Below are positions 8,482 to 16,800 of a DNA stretch of 35,186 bases, piece by piece. The first letter of the stretch is position 1; every line of letters begins with the position of its first letter. A model generated the notes under the pieces. That model saw nothing but the letters and a program-made list of their open reading frames with translations, was not told the DNA's origin and did not search any database. Both the position numbers and the translations under genes were made by a program. The DNA comes from a virus. Lineage: Duplodnaviria; Caudoviricetes. The DNA lies in IMG/VR virus record IMGVR_UViG_3300044724_001982, positions 1 through 35,186 of that record; one strand, 5' to 3'.

Positions 8482-9194
8482 ATAATCTGTCTCCTTGTTA
8501 GTTCTTCAGGTGGTACACCATCTAAAAATGAATCTAAATCAAAACCACTAGAACAGGCTACAAGAAAAGCTGACTTTCTGCCATTTAATAAAGGAGTTGT
8601 TGCATGTGAGTAAACAAAAGCACTCGGCATAATGACTAAACTACCTGCTGGTGGTTTATAAGGATCGTGTTCAAAGTACTCAAAATCTAAAGCGCCACCT
8701 TGATGTTTGTCAGTCAAATAAGTTAAAGCTGTAATTCTTCTTAAAAATGGTGCGTTCCAGAACCTTCCTGTTGCAGGATTTCTGGTTGATCTATTATCGC
8801 CATGATAATTCATATACTTAGGTGGTTTATAAGTAATATACTGATATTGTTCCATCCAATGTATTTCATCTTTTACCATTGGGTATATTTCTTTATAATT
8901 ATTTATTTTATCTAAAGTGTTTCTTTGCACTTGCCAAAAGTATTCTTTACTCGCTTTTTCTTTAAACTCTATTTCAGGATCGAATCTTATAGGGCCATTT
9001 TCATTTTTGACTGTTTGATAATTACCACCTCTGTCGTATTCATTATTATCAATGACTTTTTGTTTCCACAGATCAACTTCTGCATTCATAGTCTCGACAA
9101 CACCTTCAGGTACTTCTATACAATTCTCGTAAGCTATAACACCTTCAACTATTTTTTTAGGTTCTACTTCTTTCCATAATTTACTTAGAACCAT
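8478..9194 (-). CDS. Prolyl-4-hydroxylase-like 2OG-Fe(II) oxygenase
   Basis: YMNYHGD, RRITALTYL, QGGALDF, GSLVIMPSAFVYSH, GRKSAF. Confidence 0.88.
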   Translation of the reverse strand: MVLSKLWKEVEPKKIVEGVIAYENCIEVPEGVVETMNAEVDLWKQKVIDNNEYDRGGNYQTVKNENGPIRFDPEIEFKEKASKEYFWQVQRNTLDKINNYKEIYPMVKDEIHWMEQYQYITYKPPKYMNYHGDNRSTRNPATGRFWNAPFLRRITALTYLTDKHQGGALDFEYFEHDPYKPPAGSLVIMPSAFVYSHATTPLLNGRKSAFLVACSSGFDLDSFLDGVPPEELTRRQII

Positions 9195-9661
9195 TACTCT
9201 TCCTCTTGATTTTCAAAAACAGCAAGTTCTTTGACATCAAACATTTCACCATTTTTCATAAATATAAGTAAATACCACCCTGTATTTAATCTGACATGCT
9301 CGGTTTCATATAATTGAAATTTCTTATTGTAACCTAATATGTGTGTGTCTACCTTTTCCTTTTCAGATTTAGGGTTATCATAATCCCTACTCCATACTTC
9401 CATTGTGTAGCTTGGATCATCTTCAAACTCACCATAGTCATCTACAAGTCTGTAAATTAAATACTCTGTATCAGAACAAGTTTCTGGTGTATGTGTTAAT
9501 TGAAATTCAGGGATCCTAAATGGATGTGCTTTATCAGGAGTTAAAACATATTTTTTATTATTAGTAGATAGACCTGTATGTATTTCTTGAAATTTACCCT
9601 GCCACTGATCTTTATAATCGTTTATATCGTGACCTTCAGGTATAAAGAATACCTCTCTCAT
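9194..9661 (-). CDS. Hypothetical protein
   Basis: GGAGG RBS; TAATG overlap with the next gene; beta-rich C-terminus (LNTGWYLLIF). Confidence 0.75.
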   Translation of the reverse strand: MREVFFIPEGHDINDYKDQWQGKFQEIHTGLSTNNKKYVLTPDKAHPFRIPEFQLTHTPETCSDTEYLIYRLVDDYGEFEDDPSYTMEVWSRDYDNPKSEKEKVDTHILGYNKKFQLYETEHVRLNTGWYLLIFMKNGEMFDVKELAVFENQEEE

Positions 9662-9680
9662 TTTACCTCCCCAAAATGAT

Positions 9681-10577
9681 CTAGACTAGATTTGGTCTTG
9701 TTTCTAGCAACTCTTTTAAGTAATCTATTGTGTTTTCTAAAACATCACTTTTACTAGCTTTATAAGTATCGAAGTCAGCGAGGAAATCAGCTTCGTCAAA
9801 ATCTGCTGGAACTTCGCCTAATTTATAAAGACAGTTAGCAATAGCTTTGTCAACCATTTGTAATGCGTCAGCTTTTTCAGCTGATAAAGCATCTGCGTCA
9901 ATTGATAATTGCATATCTTCTCCTATAGTGTAAGTCTTACCACACAAGTTTAACATAAGTATGGTCATGATTGTGTCCATATTTTCGTTCTTTAATATTT
10001 GATTAAGAACACTTTGTGGTATTTCTAGTGTAGTAGAATTTTCATAAGTATTGAATATTTTGTAGTGTGTCCACCACCAACCTTCGCCCTCTTCCCCATG
10101 TTCTCTACCATCTTCGTGTAAAATATCATCTGTATCTATATAACTATCATCACCACTTAAAGTGATTGCCATTGGTGATATTGCTTGAAAAAAACTATCT
10201 TTATATAGGTATGGTTTATTTTCTTTCACATAAACATCTTCATATAAGTTTTCTTGTATAGAGTATATAAATCCAGTCATCCAGAATATTGACTCAGGAG
10301 TATATGTTGCATTTTCGTCTAAGTCATATAAAAAGTCTTTACGCCTAATATAGAAATCACAATTTTTTGCACCATTTAGATCTATATCTACATATCCATA
10401 ATTACCAGAAACAGTAAAATCTTTTTTTACTCTAGGTGCTTCATTGTATAGATTTTGATAAGTATGATCAGGATCTAGTAAATCAGGGTTTCCCATGTGT
10501 CGACCAGGCATATACCAAAGATTATAGTTATCATAATCTTGATCTTCTCTACTGTAATAAATGCGAACAGTAGACAT
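9681..10577 (-). CDS. Hypothetical protein with CBM41/pullulanase-N-like N-terminal domain and acidic helical C-terminal domain
   Basis: VRIYYSREDQDYDNYNLWY...DFTVSGNYGYVDIDL...DFYIRRKD...DVYVKEN resembles the CBM41 consensus; domain call is tentative. Confidence 0.55.
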   Translation of the reverse strand: MSTVRIYYSREDQDYDNYNLWYMPGRHMGNPDLLDPDHTYQNLYNEAPRVKKDFTVSGNYGYVDIDLNGAKNCDFYIRRKDFLYDLDENATYTPESIFWMTGFIYSIQENLYEDVYVKENKPYLYKDSFFQAISPMAITLSGDDSYIDTDDILHEDGREHGEEGEGWWWTHYKIFNTYENSTTLEIPQSVLNQILKNENMDTIMTILMLNLCGKTYTIGEDMQLSIDADALSAEKADALQMVDKAIANCLYKLGEVPADFDEADFLADFDTYKASKSDVLENTIDYLKELLETRPNLV

Positions 10578-10579
10578 TG

Positions 10580-11239
10580 TTATACCTTAAATGTTTTTAC
10601 AGTACCACTTGCATAACCAGTTACATCCGTAAGAATACCTGTTAGTGGTAGATCTTGAGAAATAATAAATATAACGCCACCACCAGTTGTTGTCTCACCA
10701 CTAGCTTCTATTGTTCCATAGCCCTGCAATTTTCTTGCACATAGGACTACAATGCCACCACCATGATTGACATTATCGCCTGCACCACCTTGTAGAGCTG
10801 CTGGTGTTGTTTGGCCACCATGAACTATTACGCCCTCTATAGCAATGTCTGGGTGATTAAAATACTCTGCTCCAACAGTAGGTGCTGTAGCTGTATATCC
10901 ATTTCCATTACCACCAAGAGAGTTTGTTACGGCTGCGACTGCACCACCTCTAAGGGTTCCTGATGTTGAAACTCCACCGACTCTTCCAATTTTTGTATCA
11001 GATTGATTAGTTGATGTTGGTGCCATTCCTAAACTATTCCTTACAAAAACTCTATATCCTGCTGTATCTAACACAATACCTGGATCTATTGTTAAATTGT
11101 TATAGTGCATATCTCTAGTGAGAGTTGTATTAGATGAGATAGTAACATTTCCGTCCATACCTGATCCATAAATGCTATCAGGGATCACATCAAAAGTTTC
11201 AAAATCGCTTGGTACTTGACCTATTTCTGTAATTGCCAT
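10580..11239 (-). CDS. Gly-rich virion/adhesin-like protein (short paralogue)
   Basis: IYGSGMDGNVTISSNTTLTRDMHYNNLTI...LDTAGYRVFVR; GGGIVVL and GGGVIFI motifs; paralogue of 11248-12600. Confidence 0.7.
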   Translation of the reverse strand: MAITEIGQVPSDFETFDVIPDSIYGSGMDGNVTISSNTTLTRDMHYNNLTIDPGIVLDTAGYRVFVRNSLGMAPTSTNQSDTKIGRVGGVSTSGTLRGGAVAAVTNSLGGNGNGYTATAPTVGAEYFNHPDIAIEGVIVHGGQTTPAALQGGAGDNVNHGGGIVVLCARKLQGYGTIEASGETTTGGGVIFIISQDLPLTGILTDVTGYASGTVKTFKV

Positions 11240-11247
11240 AATTACTC

Positions 11248-12600
11248 CTAACTACTTGGATCTGTATCTGTCGCTGCAATATTAAATACAGTAACGACTG
11301 TTCCTGCTGTTGCAGAACCAGATCCACCTGTTCCAGCCGCAGCTGCTAATGTCAAACCTGACGGCAAAGGTTTAGTTCCTGTTACAAAAACTACTGCGCC
11401 ACCACCAGCATTATAAGATTGAGAAGCTGTACCCCCAGATCCACCAGCACCTCCTGGGTGATAGTTTGTTGGGTTGCTATCATTGTTTGTTGGATTATTG
11501 TTACCACCATATGAATAGCCATAAGAGTATCCGTATGAATACCCATAGCTATAACCATATGAATAGTTATTACCTGGATATGAGTAGTTATTACCAGGAT
11601 ATGAATAGTTACTACCAGGATAACTATGCGTATGTGCATAGTGATAATGATAAAAACCTGTTGCGTAGTTATTTATTGGTGGACTTGGATGCCAGTGATA
11701 ATGTGTGTGAGAACCATAATTTGTTGGGTTAGATCCGTAATTAGTACTATTACTACCTGAGTTTGAGGGGTTTGAGCCACTGTTAGATCCATAGTTTGCA
11801 CCATTGTTGGCACCATAGTTTGCACCATAGTTTGTTGGATTAGTATTACCAGGATAAGAATAGTTATTACCTGGTGTGGATGCGTCTGGGGCTGGTGCGC
11901 CATCTGCACCTTGTGTGGTACCAGTAGTATCATCTGCGTCTGCTCTAATTGTTCCATCTCCTGAAACAGCTTTAGCTACTACTAAAACTACTCCACCACC
12001 TACTGCACCTGTACCTGCTGATGCTGAGTTACCATCTGCGCCTTTTCCACCATCTGCACCTACAGTTTGATAATCAGCCCAACCAGTGTCTCCTCCGTCT
12101 GCACCACCAGTAGCGTCTGCTGTTATTGCACCATCGGATGCGCCTGATCCACCACCTAAAAATTTAAAAGTTTCAGTAGATTGATCAAACTTTTGCCCAG
12201 CTAAAGCTACTGACAAGTTAAAGAAATCGTTTTCACCATCAAAAAAAGTATTACCAGAGTGTTCTCCGTCTGTTTGTTCTGAAGATCTACCACCTAAAGT
12301 GTCTGTAGCATCTGTACCTTTATCAAAACCACCTTTAAGTGTTCCTGCTGTTGCTTTACTTGTAAATCTACCTATACGAGATGTAGCGTCTGCAAATGTC
12401 AATGTACCTCTTACAAAAACACGATACCCATTAGTATCTAATGTGACATTGGCGTTAATCGATAAATCGTTGTAATACATATCACGAGACAATGTCGTAT
12501 TTGAAGCAAGGGTAACATCACCATCTTGCCCATAACCATATATTTCATCGCCACCTAATCTGTCCAAAAAGATTGGCTCAGGTACTTGTATTTCAGGCAT
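11248..12600 (-). CDS. Gly-rich virion/adhesin-like protein with mirror-repeat His-tipped insertion
   Basis: Start at 12600 (MPEIQ, TAATG overlap) is preferred over 12654. IYGYGQDGDVTLASNTTLSRDMYYNDLSI...LDTNGYRVFVR; N/Y/G/S/P-rich insert. Confidence 0.75.
   Translation of the reverse strand: MPEIQVPEPIFLDRLGGDEIYGYGQDGDVTLASNTTLSRDMYYNDLSINANVTLDTNGYRVFVRGTLTFADATSRIGRFTSKATAGTLKGGFDKGTDATDTLGGRSSEQTDGEHSGNTFFDGENDFFNLSVALAGQKFDQSTETFKFLGGGSGASDGAITADATGGADGGDTGWADYQTVGADGGKGADGNSASAGTGAVGGGVVLVVAKAVSGDGTIRADADDTTGTTQGADGAPAPDASTPGNNYSYPGNTNPTNYGANYGANNGANYGSNSGSNPSNSGSNSTNYGSNPTNYGSHTHYHWHPSPPINNYATGFYHYHYAHTHSYPGSNYSYPGNNYSYPGNNYSYGYSYGYSYGYSYGYSYGGNNNPTNNDSNPTNYHPGGAGGSGGTASQSYNAGGGAVVFVTGTKPLPSGLTLAAAAGTGGSGSATAGTVVTVFNIAATDTDPSS
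11503..11832 (-). repeat. Coding tandem repeats with mirror symmetry
   Basis: NYGA NYGA NNGA NYGS NSGS NPSNSGS NSTNYGS NPTNYGS | 28-aa His-rich core | SYPGSNY SYPGNNY SYPGNNY SYGY x4 SYGG. Confidence 0.9.
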
Positions 12601-12929
12601 TAGCTTACCTCTACACCAGAAACTTGTATATTCACTGAAGTTGCTGCTGAACATTTTGCAGCAACAGAAGCATTAGCAGGTATAACCATAGCTAAGTCAA
12701 TAACTGTAGTTGTATTTGCTTGAACAGTTGTATCACCAAAAATGATATGTTGATCACCAGTTGTATCCCCTGTAGGAATAAGTTTGATCTCCACTGTTCT
12801 GTCTGTTGCTGTATAGTTAGCTAACATAATTTGCTTAATAATACACTTGTTAGAATTACTGAAAATTTCTGCTTCAGATGTTCCAAGTGCAGTTACTTCG
12901 GCTAACTCAGCTGCGTTATATACTGCCAT
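12600..12929 (-). CDS. Small beta-sandwich virion structural protein
   Basis: IIKQIMLAN...VQANTT...SVNIQVSGVEVS, a pattern common in phage tail modules; AGGAG RBS. Confidence 0.65.
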   Translation of the reverse strand: MAVYNAAELAEVTALGTSEAEIFSNSNKCIIKQIMLANYTATDRTVEIKLIPTGDTTGDQHIIFGDTTVQANTTTVIDLAMVIPANASVAAKCSAATSVNIQVSGVEVS

Positions 12930-12937
12930 TTATTCTC

Positions 12938-13393
12938 CTATAATCCCATCCAGAGCAACGATTCGTTTGTGAATAGTTGTACTGGATTTACTTTTACCAT
13001 TGATGTAGATGAATTATCATATAGCATGACTAGATCATTATCTTCGTCTACATCTATTGATGTTCCATCTGTAAGTCTTGTTGCGTCTATTAAGATCGAT
13101 ACTGCCCCACTTGTTGCACCACCAGATATTCCTGAAGTGGCACTTGTTGTAACACCTGTCACATCACCAATATCTAATTGCAACCAAGCGCTTGAAGTTC
13201 TTACTTCTAGTCGATCATCGTCAGTATTGTATATAACCATACCTTCGGTTGCAGATGTAATTGCGTCTCTCTGTGATTCTGTGTACGCAGGTACTAATGG
13301 ACCGCCATCAGCATGACCATCTTGAAATTCTGCTAGACCTGATGAGTCAGATCCAGTCATTTTTACTCTTAGTAATTGTTGTCTATCAGCCAT
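12938..13393 (-). CDS. Short tail fibre-related protein
   Basis: TESQRDAITSATEGMVIYNT, GDVTGV..GISGGATSGAV, DLVMLYDNS fibre motifs; N-terminus resembles that of the 2183-aa fibre. Confidence 0.65.
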   Translation of the reverse strand: MADRQQLLRVKMTGSDSSGLAEFQDGHADGGPLVPAYTESQRDAITSATEGMVIYNTDDDRLEVRTSSAWLQLDIGDVTGVTTSATSGISGGATSGAVSILIDATRLTDGTSIDVDEDNDLVMLYDNSSTSMVKVNPVQLFTNESLLWMGL

Positions 13394-13395
13394 AT

Positions 13396-13518
13396 TTATT
13401 TACCTTCTCCTAAATAGTGTTGAGGTGTAAACTTGCAACTAATATAGTTGACAAGTGCTTTCCCACCAACTTTATTATATTCTAAACTTTCGTGATCTAT
13501 GGCTTTTAAATCTTCCAT
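13396..13518 (-). CDS. Possible 40-aa micro-ORF
   Basis: Not in ORF track. MEDLKAIDHESLEYNKVGGKALVNYISCKFTPQHYLGEGK; TAATG overlap with the upstream stop and ends 2 nt before the next ATG. Confidence 0.45.
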   Translation of the reverse strand: MEDLKAIDHESLEYNKVGGKALVNYISCKFTPQHYLGEGK

Positions 13519-13817
13519 TATTCACCTGGTTTCGGATTACCTGTTCTAACTTGATTATATTTCTCAACATAAGCATCCCACTTAGTTGAATCTCCACCTA
13601 TTTCTTTTTCTGTATAGGCTTCTATAAATTCTAATATTGATGGATATTCTTCACCTCTAGCATTAATTACAGCTAGCTCTAATTTCTTAGCATCAATTTC
13701 TTCAATGGTAGGTTGTGTAATATCTGGTGAATGCCACTCAATAACGCCATCTCTTATTGTATATTCAGCGTTAGGTGTTAATTCACTTATTGCTTGTGAT
13801 GTTAATCTTTGACTCAT
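13518..13817 (-). CDS. XkdW-like / tail fibre assembly protein
   Basis: AISELTPNAEY..IEWHS...QPTIEEI...R.EEYPSI...PKP; directly follows the fibre gene. Confidence 0.65.
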   Translation of the reverse strand: MSQRLTSQAISELTPNAEYTIRDGVIEWHSPDITQPTIEEIDAKKLELAVINARGEEYPSILEFIEAYTEKEIGGDSTKWDAYVEKYNQVRTGNPKPGE

Positions 13818-16800
13818 TATGCTCCTACCTCTATTGCAGTAATTGTAGGCGACTGACCTCCACCTTCTTCTCCGTAAGTCAGATCACCACTACCTCTTTG
13901 CGCTCTTATTGAAAATGTAATTTGTGAAGTGCTAGATGGACTATCTAAAGTATGCAAAGCCCAAGCGTGATTTTCACTTGTGCCAGAGGCTTGATAAATT
14001 ATATGATTTCCAATAGCTGTTGAATCTCTATAAAATTTAACTCTATTCCAAGCAGTTCCACCACCAGAGTTACCATCACCTGTTGCAAATAATAATATTT
14101 TACTTGTTGTAGCAGCAGGTGTTATATCAACACTTACTAAAGAAGTATAGGTTGTGCTGTTTACAGTCACAGCAGAAGTTCCTGTAGTCGATACAACTTG
14201 TAATATCTTTCCACCACCACTTGCTGCACCCCAACTAATATTTCCTGATCCATCTGTTTTTAATACTTCGTCAGCACTACCTGCTGCACCTGCTATTTCT
14301 AATTTAGCTGATGCTATATCTAACACACCTGTAGCGTCAATAGTAACTCTTTCGCTACCTGCTGTGTGCATTTCTATTTCATCATTATCAGAATTAGAAC
14401 TTTCTACTCTAATAAATGTATCTGTATCGCCATCTCTAAATGTTGTGGCAGAGTTTGAAGTTCCTGTGATGTTTATTGGATCAACAGTTCCATCTGCTAA
14501 TACAAGATCAAGATCTGTTGCTGATGTTCCAACATTTGCAAATTGTATAGGATCCGAGGAATTGTCTGCAAGTGTAAGAGGCATTTCATCATTTACATCG
14601 AAACTAACACTTCCTACTAAATTGCTTTTTGTGATCTTCTTATAATCAGTAGCACTTGTGTCATAAATTAAGATAACATCGTCATCTGCTGCTGTAGTTA
14701 AAGCTGATTGACCTGTCAAAGCACTTGTGGTTAAACCTGTTGCATTACCTTCAAATGTACCTGCAACGAAAGTTTCGGATCCAACTGTCCATTTGTCTGT
14801 TGATTCGTTCCATATAAGAGTTTTATTAGTGTCATCGCCCCTCTCAATTTCAATACCACCATTCTCTGAAGCAGAGCCAGTTGCATTGGAATTAAGAACG
14901 ATCTGATTATCAGCTAAGTTAATTGTCTCAGTATTAACGGAAGTTGTAGTCCCTGAAACTGTCAAGTCTCCAGATACTATTAAATCATTAAAAGTTACAT
15001 CGGAAGTTGTTGAGACAGCTTGACCTATACTGATATCACCTGATGAAACAGTAACACCTGTACCACCACTTACATAGCTATCTATCTTTGTTTGGACTCT
15101 TGCATCTGTGTAATATAAATTTGATGAACCCTCACTTAGATTATCTGTATCTTTAGTCGCAAGTCTTGTGTCAAATGCACTGTTAGATCTAGCGTCTGTA
15201 TAGTAAAGATTTGTTGATCCCTCTCCAATATCATCAGTATCAAGAGTTACATTTACCCATGCAGATCCACTGTATCGTAATACTTGATTAGTAGCCAGAG
15301 AAGTTAATGTTACATCTGTTAACTGAGCTACTTGTGAACTTGCGTCACCAGGTTCCCATGTAGAACCAGACCATTTAAGAGCTTGACCTGAACTAGGTGC
15401 GCTTGTTGTTGTATCAACATCACTAAGATCATCTATGGATACAGATCCAAAATCTATATCTATTTCATCATTTGCAGTGTCATTAGTTACAGTAATCTTG
15501 GAAGATCCTGCATTGATACCTCTAAACTCTAGATCTTCACCTGTCTTTTGTAGGAATACACCAATACCTGCTGTGTTCTGATTAGATGCTGTGTTAACTT
15601 CACCAGATCCAGATAAACCACCAAGAGATGAAAGAACAAAACCACCTGAGCTATTACTGTAAGATACAACTTTTGCGTCATCGCTTGATGTTGGATCGCT
15701 GAATAATACATCACTAAGATCATTTAGATCTGCCGCAGTAATCCTTGCGTCTGCTCTAGCATTTGTAAAGTACAGATTAGTGCTACCTTCTGTTAGGTCA
15801 TCAGTAGTTGCTGCTGCTATCCTTGCATCAGCTCTTGCATTTGTGAAATATAAGTTTGTTCCTTCAGATAGATCACTAGTACTGAATCCTGATAAAGATA
15901 CAGTTGCGTCAATAGCACCATCGTTTGCGTCATCATAAGCAAAAGATATACCTGTATGTGATCCATTTGTGACAATCTGTGCGCCTGTTATATCTTGAAC
16001 TTGTTCAGAACTTAAAGCGGCAGTATTAGCAATTGTTAATGTTCCTGCTGAGTCATCATAAGTGACGGATATATCTGTACCAGCAGTTACAACTCCTGCT
16101 ACATAATCTTCTACTTGTTCTTGTGTAAGTTGTGTATTTGTATCTGTAGAGGTAATTGTTAATGTATTAGCAGTGTCATCATAAGTAAGTGATACATTAG
16201 TTCCCTCTGTAAGTAAAGCATTTACCCTGTCATCTACTCTTTCATCAGTAAAGTAAAGATTTGAAGATCCTTCTGACAAACTATCAGTATCATGATTAGC
16301 TATTGAGGAAACTGTTCCTGTTACATCACCTGTTAAGTTTCCTGTAAATGTTGAGTATATACTTCCTGCATCGAATCTTTCTGATCCAACAGTCCATTTG
16401 TCATCAGTTTCATTCCAGATAAGAGTTTTATTAGTAGAACTACCACGCTCTATTTCAATACCTGCATTTTCTGTAGGTGAACCTGTGACATTGTTATTTA
16501 ATACAATTATGTTGTCATCAACTGTTAATGTTTCAGTATTTAAAGTTGTAGTAGTACCACTTACAGTTAAATCTCCTGATACAACTAGATCATTAAAAGT
16601 TACATCACTTGTAGTGCCTACAGCCTGACCTATGCTTATTTCTCCAGATGATAAAGTAACACCTGTTCCTGCGCTGAAGTGCGCTCTTGTCTCGCTAGCG
16701 CTAGGACCTGTATATGTAAATACGCCAGATCCACTGTTGTAAGATAATGATCCATCACCACCACTATCAGTTACCGAAACTGCACCTCTAGCCCTTGCGT

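Noticed and set aside
11440-11880. Asn-codon-rich repeats as a DGR target or CRISPR array
   Set aside because: No reverse transcriptase, no template/variable pair differing only at adenines, and no constant DNA repeat with unique spacers; the repeat is conserved at protein level.
12601-12654. Track start at 12654 for the Gly-rich protein
   Set aside because: It overlaps the upstream gene by 55 nt; the ATG at 12600 has TAATG coupling and aligns with the paralogue N-terminus.
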